Assembly (NCBI GenBank): GCA_026023565.1
Contig: JAPETS010000005.1
Coordinates: 620,001-684,000 of the forward strand
Direction of reading: 5' to 3'
DNA length: 64,000 bases
Origin: Cirrosporium novae-zelandiae
Lineage: Eukaryota
Shown here: piece by piece, positions 1 through 10,694 of the stretch
How the letters are laid out: each line of letters opens with the position of its first letter
Position numbering within the stretch: the stretch's first letter is position 1
Position numbers and translations under genes: made by a program
Notes under the pieces: model-generated
What the model was told of the DNA's origin: nothing
The model's database searches: none
Seen by the model: only the letters and a program-made list of their open reading frames with translations

Positions 1-277
1 CACGCCGGAGTACCCCCTGGGCCCCACTTTACAAGGTAAAACGATTTCGTTTCCTTCGATAATCTTCAATTCTATGTCTTGATTAGCCGTCTTTGCCGTT
101 CCAACCAATAACTTGTAATATTGAATCAGCAACATGCACAGATTGCTCATCTATCAACGATCTTTGGACGCTTTTCGGTCCATAAACTACTACCCAAGGC
201 ATAATGCCTAACCCAAGGTCATCTGGGAGGCGGGTCTCTGCCGGTTCCTCATCATTATCAAGACTCATTGGTAGCAT
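1..277 (-). other. Possible 5' part of a spliced gene running off the left edge (unidentified)
   Basis: Short ATG ORF followed on the minus strand by a branch/acceptor-like GGCTAATCAAGACATAG and an open frame (LKIIEGNEIVLPCKVGPRGYSGV) to the window edge; no recognisable homology and the donor site is unclear. Confidence 0.2.
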
Positions 278-495
278 CTTTAAATTTCTTAGGCTTTCTA
301 TTCCAATTCCTCATTGCCCTCGTACGATTCCTCATTTCCTCATTTCCTCATTCCTATTCTCTATTTATTTTTTTCCTTGTCTATTTTTATGTTGATAGAT
401 ATAAAACGGCTGCATATCTTCATTTCCTGGTTATAGAGTTTTACGATATACGATTTTATGTCTGGAATACTTTTAAGATCATTTGAAAAATCATA

Positions 496-2367
496 ATGGA
501 AGGAGTAGACGCAGATCCTGGAGATCAATTGAGTCGAATTAACAAGGTCCAAACCCTTCCTGCTCGAAAACCAACTTCAACTAATCAAGAGGGGGATTCG
601 ATATGGAAGTCTACAAGTACGCAGCAAGTGTCTCAACTCACCACTCCCAAGGTACCTCTAACACAACTCTACACAGGCTATCCGCTCTCAGAGCTTCACC
701 GCTATGAATCCTGGCACTCTCGAGTCGATCAATATGACGCCCGCCGAATATTTCAATTAGAAGAGGAGGATAATGCTCGAGGCAATAAGAACGGCGGAAC
801 AGGACAAGACGCCAAGACGGTTGTGTCTTTTAGTCGTAATGACCCGGAGTGTGCATACAATTGGTCCAAGAAAAAGAAGAATATAGTTCGGACAGTCTAT
901 ATCATCGCTGTTCTTAACTCGACCTTTGGTTCAGCACTTCCCAGTGGTGCCATAAGTTTCATTGGAGAATATTTCCATGTAACAAGCGAACTCCAACTCG
1001 TCCTTCCCATCTCTATGTTTCTTGTCGGTTATGTACTGGGACCCCTCGTCTTTTCCCCGCTCTCCGAACAATACGGTCGTAAAAAGATAATGGTCGGATC
1101 TTTTACCTGCTTCACAGCCTTTACCCTGGGCTGCGCATTGGCACCCAATTGGCCTGCTCTGCTTGTATTCAGATTTTTAGCCGGTATCAATGCATCTACA
1201 CCTATAAGTGTTGTAGGTGGTCTGTTTGCAGATTTGTATAGCGACCCCACCGAGCGCGGCAAGACAATGGCCTATTTCATGTTGGCCACGACCGTCGGCC
1301 CTCCAGTAGCCCCCATTGTTTCTGGCTTCGTCTCGGTAGTGAGCTGGCGCTGGGCTTTCTGGATCGGCTTCATCTTCGCCTGCGTCACTTTTGTCCCTCT
1401 CGTTTTCATGCCCGAGACGTACGGCCCCATAATACTCAAATATCGCGCCCAACGTCTCCGCAAGGAAACCGGAAACCCCAACATATTCGCCCCAATCGAG
1501 CTCGAAGGTACAGGCACAAAGCAACTGCTGCTCGTTACACTTAGCCGTCCCATCCGCATGTTTTTCTTCGAAGCCCTCACCCTCTTCACATGTCTTTATC
1601 TCGCCCTCGCATACGCCATTTTCTATCTCTTCTTTGAAGCCTACCCCCTAATCTTCCAAGGAATTTACGGCATGTCCGCAGGCGTCTCTGGCCTGGCCTT
1701 TCTCCCCATACTTCTCGGCGCGTGCTTCTCGACTGCCATATTCCTCTACTATAACAGCATCCTCACAAAAGCGAAAAAAGCTCGCAAACCATGGGCCGAA
1801 ATAGAGGAGTACCGACGTTTGCCTCTTGCGTGCATCGCCGGTCCACTCTGGACTGTTGGGCTCTTTTGGCTTGGCTGGACCTCCCGTGCCAGCATCCACT
1901 GGATTGTGCCTATGCTCGCAGGCATCCCGCTGGGTTGCGCGTTCCTTCTTCTCTTCATGGCCTTGATAAACTACCTTACGGATGCGTACTCTATCTTCGC
2001 CGCTAGCGCCAACGCCGCAGCGAGCACATGCCGCTCCATTTTCGGGGCGCTGTTGCCGCTAGCCACGAAAGCCATGTACCGCAAGCTAGGCATACCATGG
2101 GCGAGCAGTCTATTAGCACTAGTCACGCTCCTGATGAGTGTGATTCCATTTATATTTATCAAGTACGGAGATCGGATCAGGGCCAACAGCCAATTCTGTC
2201 AGTATTTGGAACAACAGCGGAAAGAGATAGAGGAAGGGGAGGAGGCCGAGAGAAGCAGCAATTCTAATCTGCAGACTGGGGATATGGAAAAGAGGTCAGT
2301 GAGAAGTAATGAGGATGAAGTGGATGTGGGAAGAGGGCAAATCAAGGAAGTGAAGCAGGAAGATTGA
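496..2367 (+). CDS. MFS multidrug/polyamine transporter, DHA1 family
   Basis: 623-aa ORF with about 12 hydrophobic segments; motifs FSPLSEQYGRK, MPETYGPIILKYRAQRLRKETG, NYLTDAY; probable 60-nt intron at 617-676. Confidence 0.9.
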   Translation: MEGVDADPGDQLSRINKVQTLPARKPTSTNQEGDSIWKSTSTQQVSQLTTPKVPLTQLYTGYPLSELHRYESWHSRVDQYDARRIFQLEEEDNARGNKNGGTGQDAKTVVSFSRNDPECAYNWSKKKKNIVRTVYIIAVLNSTFGSALPSGAISFIGEYFHVTSELQLVLPISMFLVGYVLGPLVFSPLSEQYGRKKIMVGSFTCFTAFTLGCALAPNWPALLVFRFLAGINASTPISVVGGLFADLYSDPTERGKTMAYFMLATTVGPPVAPIVSGFVSVVSWRWAFWIGFIFACVTFVPLVFMPETYGPIILKYRAQRLRKETGNPNIFAPIELEGTGTKQLLLVTLSRPIRMFFFEALTLFTCLYLALAYAIFYLFFEAYPLIFQGIYGMSAGVSGLAFLPILLGACFSTAIFLYYNSILTKAKKARKPWAEIEEYRRLPLACIAGPLWTVGLFWLGWTSRASIHWIVPMLAGIPLGCAFLLLFMALINYLTDAYSIFAASANAAASTCRSIFGALLPLATKAMYRKLGIPWASSLLALVTLLMSVIPFIFIKYGDRIRANSQFCQYLEQQRKEIEEGEEAERSSNSNLQTGDMEKRSVRSNEDEVDVGRGQIKEVKQED

Positions 2368-3016
2368 TTTTCTTGCTCTCTCTCTCTCTCCCTTGGTAGA
2401 TGCGGTTTTATCTTCAGCCACAATATGACTAACGGCCGAGTGCGGGTAATAATTGATCAACGCACGGAGTATTTCGATTGCTTGGAAGTGATATCATATC
2501 AAGGCGTTTTGGGCGAAACAGTATTAAACGACATGACTTTATTATCTAGGGCGTGTCTGTCTGGTCAAGATGGGAGCAAGGTGAGGTGACAGACACTGGA
2601 AACGACTGAAGAAGAACCAAAAGGATTTCGGACCAAAGTGGAAAAGTAGTAGGTGCGTCATAATAAGGAAGAGACGAACGTATACTACTACAGTACGGTA
2701 TATCAGAGCGAGCAATTGCTAGGAAGTCGGTAAAAATATTTGGTTGATAATCGATTATCTTAATCAGGATTTTATAGCAATCAAATGAACATTCACTATG
2801 GTAAATTCTATGCTATAGAGGTTCCTCCGCAATGCTCTATCCCCCTACCCCCCCTTCTCACCACAATAAAAAAGAAAGAAGTATTCATCATCGGTGGTCA
2901 ACAATCTCAGGAGCCAGGTTTCGTTATCCGTCATCACATGGACAGGACCAATTGTAAAGCGAATTAATGATCCTTGGCGGGTCTTGCCGCGTCCATTGCT
3001 TGCTCGTCATGTACGT

Positions 3017-3820
3017 TTACCCATAGAACCAATGCTCAGCCGCAACTTGCACATCGAACTCGGCAGTCTCTCCAAACTCTTCACAACTGATACCCAGCCC
3101 AGGCTCCCCCCCGGCAGTGTACACTCTGTACGTTTGACTGACACCCCAGCTAGGTGTTCCAGCACTTGCATACTCTCTGATCCAGCTGAGTGCCACGCTT
3201 CCATCCGGACCACGGGGGTTTCCATCCGCAGTAATTATTTGGTAATCGGCATCAGCTTTACCCTCCATGTAGCCATGGGAGCCGAGGTCCGTAATCGCGT
3301 AATGGATTTTGGGGAAATATTGATATCCAAGAACGGGCAGGTTGAGAAATTCGGCGACGGCTTGTTCGGTCATGTTTACGAGGATGGCGGGGAAATGGTG
3401 CAGGTCATCTTCAGAGGCGAGATATGGGAGAAGAGGTGCCACGTCGTAGAGCGTTAGGTTGGTGCCGAGCAGTTCTGGTGCGTCGGTCGAATTGACAACG
3501 TCTGGGGAGCATGTGTAATTGACCGTGCCTCTGGCTAGAGTGATATACTTAAGCGTGAGGTTGGAGGTGGGGGCGACAATAGTCACGTTGCTGCCTATTA
3601 GAGGGGGATTGTTAATGGCAGAACATAGAGAAAGGAGGAGTTTCGAACCTTCAAGTGTTAGGGGAACCGTATACCCCTCTGGGATAGGGTAATCGCCAGC
3701 ACCCATTCCGGAGTCATAACTATCAGGGCTTCCGCGGCCTCTGCCTTGAGGAGCAGCATTCGATAAATAGAAAAGCCCCGTTGCAAGCACAAAGGTCTTG
3801 AGAAAATTGCTGTAAATCAT
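3017..3820 (-). CDS. Secreted DUF3455-family protein (often annotated 'malate dehydrogenase'-like)
   Basis: ATG at 3820 (MIYSNFLKTFVLATGLFYLSNA, signal-peptide-like); motifs RGTVNYTC, YRVYTAGG and C-terminal VQVAAEHWFYG. Confidence 0.75.
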   Translation of the reverse strand: MIYSNFLKTFVLATGLFYLSNAAPQGRGRGSPDSYDSGMGAGDYPIPEGYTVPLTLEGSKLLLSLCSAINNPPLIGSNVTIVAPTSNLTLKYITLARGTVNYTCSPDVVNSTDAPELLGTNLTLYDVAPLLPYLASEDDLHHFPAILVNMTEQAVAEFLNLPVLGYQYFPKIHYAITDLGSHGYMEGKADADYQIITADGNPRGPDGSVALSWIREYASAGTPSWGVSQTYRVYTAGGEPGLGISCEEFGETAEFDVQVAAEHWFYG

Positions 3821-4801
3821 GATGGTGATCGGTACGATTAGAAGGAAAACGTGATATGCGCTCTCTAAATAGACTTGGGAAAATGAAGATTTAAACTTGA
3901 TGGTTGAATGAATGGACAATATAGTGGGAAGTTGCCCAATTTTTATATTCGTGCACACCACCACGTATTCAGAGAAATGAGTAATTAACATTAATTTACA
4001 TGGGTTGATAACTTTGCTGACAGTGTTATACAGCAAGGCCGGTGATGACTTTGATTATCCACTTCGTGTATCTGCAATCCATGCTCTTGATGCGGTATCA
4101 GTAGCACACGCAGGCATAAAGTGGTAGCCCTATTATGTCTAGCCGTCAGATGCACCCGCAACATTTCCACAATTCAAGGATTGTAGAAAGAATTTTCTTA
4201 TGTTTGGCTAGCCTTAGCTGAGGATGATGACTGGGAGCAATTCTAAAGGCTGCAATTTTCTGTTGCACATTCTGCTTATATATAGGCTCGAGGTTGGACA
4301 GTCAAATCCTATAAAATCCCGTTATGGCGGTTGTGCGAGGTCGGCCTTGCGTGTGGGAGGCCTAAGGGAAGGGTGGCTGTTTTCTGTGAGATATTGGTAC
4401 AACTCCTACACAATCAACTTTTCCTTAGAGTAGTTTAAATCTGTTGAGAATTGCTGTCAGACTAGGAGCATAAAAGATTGGTGATAGAAATATTAGAACG
4501 TGTATTGGAGCATTGGCAAAGAGCTTGTAGATTGTTAGGGGAGGCACGTGGGGAGGGCACCAGGCACAAGAGCGGACGTTGGAGTTGGAATGCCGATATC
4601 ACGTGAAGATTAGATTCTTGTGCTCTTAACTGCACATTTAATTTTTTGTACTTTGTAGTAGGCAAGGAGGCCCTTCGATTTTATACTTTCCATACTTCTG
4701 AAGATCAAAAGCTGGCTTTTTTGTTTTTTAGCCCATTCGGGGCTCCTCCAAAAGTGCTATATCGCCCCCGGTTCATCAGAACATTGTCCACTGCCCTCAA
4801 A

Positions 4802-6561
4802 ATGGAATCTTCGACTGAACACCCGAAGCTCTTTGGACGAGCATTCTACGAAAGCTTGGGGAGTCCTAAAGTGATACTTGCACCGATGGTGGACCAGTCA
4901 GAGTTTGTGCATCTCTCTTTACGTTGGCAGGTTCCAAGGCCACGACTGATATTGTACTCCAGGCCTGGCGCATGCTCACTCGGTCCTTCATGAAACCCGA
5001 GAAATCGCGCGACCTGCTTGCCTACACTCCTATGTTCCATGCGAGACTGTTCCACGAAACTGCGAATGTCCGAGATACTCATTTCAATCCTATACGGAAT
5101 GGTCTGCGTCGAAAACTTTCTCCGCCTACGGACCCGAAGGAAATTTATCTTGATGGCAATCCTATCATTGATAGACCACTCTTTGTCCAGTTTTGCGCCA
5201 ATGATCCTGATGACCTCCTACAAGCTGCTGAATATGTTGCGCCATTCTGTGACGCTGTTGATCTGAACTTAGGCTGTCCACAGGGCATCGCAAAGAGAGG
5301 CAACTACGGTGCTTTCCTCCAGGAAGATTGGCAGCTCATCCATTCCCTAATATCCAATTTACACAATAACCTACCAATTCCCGTTACAGCAAAGTTCCGC
5401 ATACAGGAAACGGCTGAGAAAACCCTTGAATATGCAAAGATGATTCTATCAGCTGGAGCAAGCATAATCACGGTTCATGGCCGCCAGAGACACCAGAAGG
5501 GCCACGAGACGGGTTTAGCCGACTGGTCTGTGATCCGCTATCTGCGCGAGCATCTGCCGAAAGAAACCGTTATTTTCGCGAATGGCAATATCCTTCAGCA
5601 TAGCGACATTGCGCGTTGTCTACAAGAAACAGGTGCGGATGGAGTTATGAGCGCTGAAGGTAATCTCAACGACCCAGCGATCTTTTCAGAGCCCCCACCT
5701 GCTGGTGAAGAAGGCCGGGAATACTGGAGAGGCAAAGATGGGAAAGGCGGATACAGGATGGATGCAATCTTTCGGCGGTATCTTGATGTAATATATAAAT
5801 ACGTTCTTGAGAAGGAGCCACCACCACGAAAACCCTTGTTCATACCCTCCGACCTACCATCTCCTCCCCAGGACACAAGCTCGGTTTCCGCAGCCCCCGA
5901 TACCTCCGCCCTCGCCGAATCAGAGGAGCCTCCCAGAAAGCGCGCACGCCAGAGCAAGAAAGCCACCCGCTGTACGGACCCGAATCTAGTTGCCATGCAA
6001 TCTCATCTATTCTCACTCCTACGCCCTCTCGCCTCAAAGCACCACAACGTTCGCGACGCCTTAGCGAGAACTCGGGCAGGCAATATCGACTCCTTTGAAC
6101 AAGTCCTTTCCCTAGCCGAAGAAGCAATAAAGGAGGGCCTTCTCGAATACAAAGAACATTCGGAGGGATTCGAGGAGAAGGACAGCGAAGAAAACAATCA
6201 AGCCGAGGGGACGACGACGACCGCAGATAAGGAAGAAGAATCTGAAATGGAGAGCTCAAAGGCAGCGGTCAGGCGGTGCAGGCGTCCCTTTTGGGTTTGC
6301 CAACCCTACGTAAGACCAATGCCAAAAGAGGCTTTGGAGAAAGGGAGCTTAACATTGAGTAAGAAGGATAAGGCAAAACTTGCCGCCGCGGAAGCAACAG
6401 CAGCAATAGCAGCGGCGGGGGTGACTGGAAAAACAAAGAAAGATGATACGGTACAAGAGGTGGCTAATAATGCAGTAACGGAAAAGATTGATGCTACCAC
6501 CACGGTTGATGTGGGGGATAATAGAGATAAGATGAAACGAGAACTCCTCGTCGCGGGATGA
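4802..6561 (+). CDS. DUS1: tRNA-dihydrouridine synthase 1
   Basis: Exon 4802-4906 (ILAPMVDQSEF), intron 4907-4962, exon 4963-6561 with DRPLFVQFCAND, DLNLGCPQGIAKRG, ITVHGR, FANGNI, DGVMSAEG. Confidence 0.93.
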
Positions 6562-7129
6562 GAAATAAAATACTATTATATATTATATACCCCAACGTAG
6601 CTACTTTTGGATGACTGACAAGATGGTATCCTTATCTATCTATTTTCCAGAGGCATCTTATCTTGCACAACGTAATATATCCCCCCCCCCCCGGCAAACC
6701 CTCGATTTAGATTTGGATATAGATATAGGTATAAGTGTCGCATATATCCTTTTTGTTTTATTCCTAAAAGTAAGGCAAGACAAGGCGATCTTAGCTAACT
6801 TACTAACTGAAAATTTATTGGGTAGTAGTAGTAACTAAAACTATAAAAGGGTTTTTTGGTAGAAATTTGAACATTTAGGTTTTAAATATACACTACACTA
6901 TAATATATACATTGCATTTTTTTTTCACAATCATCATAAAAAAAAAACAGAAAATAGAAAAAGTCCTGACTTAAAACGCCCAACGCTACCCCTTCCGCTT
7001 TCCGAGTCCCCCCTCCTCCGTCTTGGGGTATATATGTATGCATATATCACATCGTTTGAAGGAAGGGGAGGGAGGGAGAAAAGAAAAAAAAAAGTATCAA
7101 TCGTTCCAAAAAATTCCTTAAGTCGTTTT

Positions 7130-9151
7130 TCACAAGTTATAACTAATATATATGCGTCTTCGTCTCCACCACTCGACCCCTCTAACGAAACCCCATACCT
7201 TGGATCTGGCTTTGGCCCACGCCAGCATCCCAAACGCGACGGTAGCTATGCAGCAGAGCAGGTAGATGCGCCATTCGAAGTCGGCGTAGTAGGCAGTGCA
7301 GAGGTAGGAGCTGCCGCCGCAGGGCAGGGAAGCCATGTTGAGGGGGGATATGTTGTTGTTGGATGGAGACCACTCGGAGAAGGATGAGGGAGGGAGCATG
7401 CGATTGTAGGTCTTGGGGAAGAGCTGTGCGGAGACAACATCTGCGGACAGAGGGGATGAGTACATTTTCAATCCGTTGATCAGGCCGCGGAATCCCAGGT
7501 CCTGTGTTTGGAAGTTTAGGGCGTTGAGCCAGATCTCCTGCGCAACTTTTTGGGTGGGGACCAGGGACATGGGTGTGGAGGAGACGGGTTTCCCGTCGAT
7601 GAAGAGCTTTACGAATCCCTCCGCTAGCCTATCCCATGTCATGGTTATTTCATGGAATTGGTTGTCGAATAGATTTACGAAATTGATGTCTGATCTCCAA
7701 TCGGCTCCTTCGTATCGGAGCCCCTCGTTGCCAGATTCCTCAATCTCTTCGAAATCTGGCTGCCATTGGAAGCGTGTTTGGGCATTCTGCCCGGAATAAT
7801 CAACGCTCTCAAGGCCGAGGGAAATCGAGCCGATGCGATCGAAGCGGATTTTTAGAAGCCCCATCTCGCGAGTTGCGAACCAGGCGTCTCTGTCTACTTT
7901 GAATGATAGGCTAAAGGATCCTTGGCGGGGATCCCAGTCTGCTGGGACAGGGAGAGCAGAGTATGCACCCTCGACGAATTGGCGGTAGGGTAACCCAGTC
8001 TGGGGATCCGTAGAGAGAGAAACATTGTGAGGGGCCCAACCGTGGAGATTATTGCCAGAGGTATCGACCCATTTGCGGTCGTCGTTGTCGGAGGAGAGAT
8101 CATAGAGAGAGAAGAGCCCGTTCGTGTGTTTGGCCAAGGTAGACATCCAGGCGATTGTGCAGTTAGGGTTCTTGGAGGCCGGAACGGAAAAATAGCCATC
8201 GGAATCTAGGTTATCGAAGTAATGACGGATTGTGCAAAATAAAGGAGTGTCGATTAGACGAATGACTTCGGGGTCAAATGCGAGACGCTGTGGAGATCCT
8301 AGCCATGGCCAAAAGTGAACTCCATAACTGCGATTGATGTCGTGCCAACTCTTCCCTAGCCACATAGTCATGAGGCCGCGGTCGGATGGGTAATACATAG
8401 GATAGAACCAGCTATGATCATCGAGCACGGAGAGATGATCTGCGGTGCCATCAAGATACATTTCAAAGGGACGAAGCACAGAAAGTCCCTTCCAGTCGTT
8501 ATCATCGAAGTCGATATATTGCTGCATCCACTGTTTCATGAATGGTGCTCTAGGCTTAGACATAATCATCGCATTACAAATTCCTTGGTGTCCCTCCAAC
8601 GCCATGACCGTGTCATTGATATCAGGATTGTTGAGGATCTCATCGACGGGGCGAAGGGCAACGAGATTGGTATCGAGATAAATTCCTGTTCATTACGTCA
8701 GAAATCTGGGCATAGCACCAAGCAAAACCATAATCAACTCACCCCCTTCCTCGTACATAGCTTTCATCCTCACAATATCAGAGATGTGTGCCAGTATTTT
8801 TAATTCATGTCCATAAACACTATCTGGCATTTCAATTCGTCGAAACCTAACTCCGGGAATGTCCAGTATCATTTCCCATATCTTCCCAAGAGGATCTCCA
8901 CGATCTGGTACCCAAATATTGATTGTCTCCGCCTTGAGTGCAAGATGCGCACCCTGCACAGCTGCAAACTCCATCCATGTCAATGGCTTGAGGTCCACGA
9001 AGACGAAATGTACAGTTCTAGGTATGGTATCAGGAGGGAATGACAACGGGGGGAGAGAGAGAACGCTATCAAAATCGGCATCTCGGGAGTAACTGAAGGG
9101 GAAAAAACATATAAAAAGGAAAAGGCTGAGGAGCTTGGATAGAGGAGACAT
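7130..9151 (-). CDS. GT32-like glycosyltransferase + LamG/ConA-like domain + C-terminal TM (654 aa)
   Basis: Exon 9151-8743, intron 8742-8686 (GTGAGT...CTGAC...AACAG), exon 8685-7130 in frame. Signal peptide; GT32-type motifs IPRTVHFV, AHISDIVRMKAMYEEGGIYLDTN, CNAMIMSKPRAPFMKQW; LamG-type motifs DTSGNNLHG, FHEITMTWD, LFIDGK, FRGLINGLKMYSSPLS; TM IYLLCCIATVAFGMLAW then a basic tail. Confidence 0.8.
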
Positions 9152-10694
9152 CTAGAATGAGTGACTATAGATTAGAGAAGAAGAAGATAAAATTATGAAG
9201 ACCAAATCATGAAAAGAGATATAACGATCGGATATCAGATTGAAGAACAACTGCTCGAGTTTCCTGCCAAAAATGAAACAGCGCTTCAACGACAAGAAAT
9301 GAGGGTTCGGGCATATTGATAATAAGAGTAACCGTTTTCCGGTCACCCTTACAGGATACAGTGACAGGTGAACGTCTGTAAGCGGCGAGATGCAATAGAG
9401 TTAGCAAAATAATCATGTTCGTGAGTCTTGATCTATCACGGAATGCGTTGTGGCGGGCTGACTTGAGGTTCTAGCTGGCCATTTGAATTGAAAGAGCTGA
9501 TAGCGGCAATCCATCATAACTAGCGGTTTTGATGATTTATGATTTCGACCATATAGATGCCACGAAGCATTACTAATCTTATAAAAAAGCACGAAATAGG
9601 AAAAGTGGCATGAAAACATGAAAGAAACTCGCCCAAGGATCACTATGGTAAAGATCTTATTTAGTGGTTTAAGGTGTCAGGGTATTGTACTGTATTACAG
9701 TTTCTAGGCATTCCTGTCAGTTGGTGAGTGGGCTGACTGGTTGGCTAGTTAGTTGGTTGGTGGGAAGGTTGAGAAAGTATTGCTGAAGATAGAAAAGATT
9801 TATCTATCTTTGGTGATAAAAGTATGAGGGATAATAATAATAGAAGGCATCATCTCCGAAGACCGAATAATATGCTTCGAAATAAGAAGACGGAAGAACC
9901 AGTCATCGTGTTATAGGATATATGGAGGATGATCGACATGAGGATTGAGGGTTGAGAGTTGAAGGTGGGAATACAGTCACAGGTAAGCTTACATTAGCAG
10001 AGTTCGCTTATAGATGCTTAAAATTCCTAAAATCCATTATTTCCCTCGTGCCCCCCTAAGTCCCCCCCTCGTTTGCCTGAAAACAAACCAAAAAGTACCC
10101 AACTAATTATCTCCAAAGCCCCAAAGGAAATTAAACAAATTCGCTTGGGATGAACTTTCTGTTAAGAAGAGGTTTAAACTGCCATATTAAGCTTTTGTTA
10201 TTCGTATTTATCGGATTTTTATCCTTTGTATTAAAACATTCAACCATCTCCCCCTGATTACTCTAGGTGAACGAGCCCTCCCTTGGACAGTGCAACGGCC
10301 CAAGAAACCCTAGGCTCTGTCAACATCAAGATCTAGAGCATTTCCGAGGACTGGATCTAGATAGACTCATTTGCACTAATCTATCTCGACTATCTATCGT
10401 AGAAAATCAGCGTAGCTATTACATCTCTGAGGATAATTATCTCCAATCATTTCATTGTGCGTCTGTTGGGGATTTAGTAAATGCTTGAGTTTTGGAGGAT
10501 GAAGGCTGTTATATAGGTAATAAAATCCCCTTTCATAATCAATGTCCCACTGGATGTTGTGTCATAAACTTGGAGAATGGTAAGACTGACAAGAGCCAGT
10601 CCATCAAACCCCAGTTCCGAGAACAAAGTCCCAACTCAGTACAGATGCCACATATCTCTACTTGGCAATAGCAAAAAGCAATATTTCTTTCACT

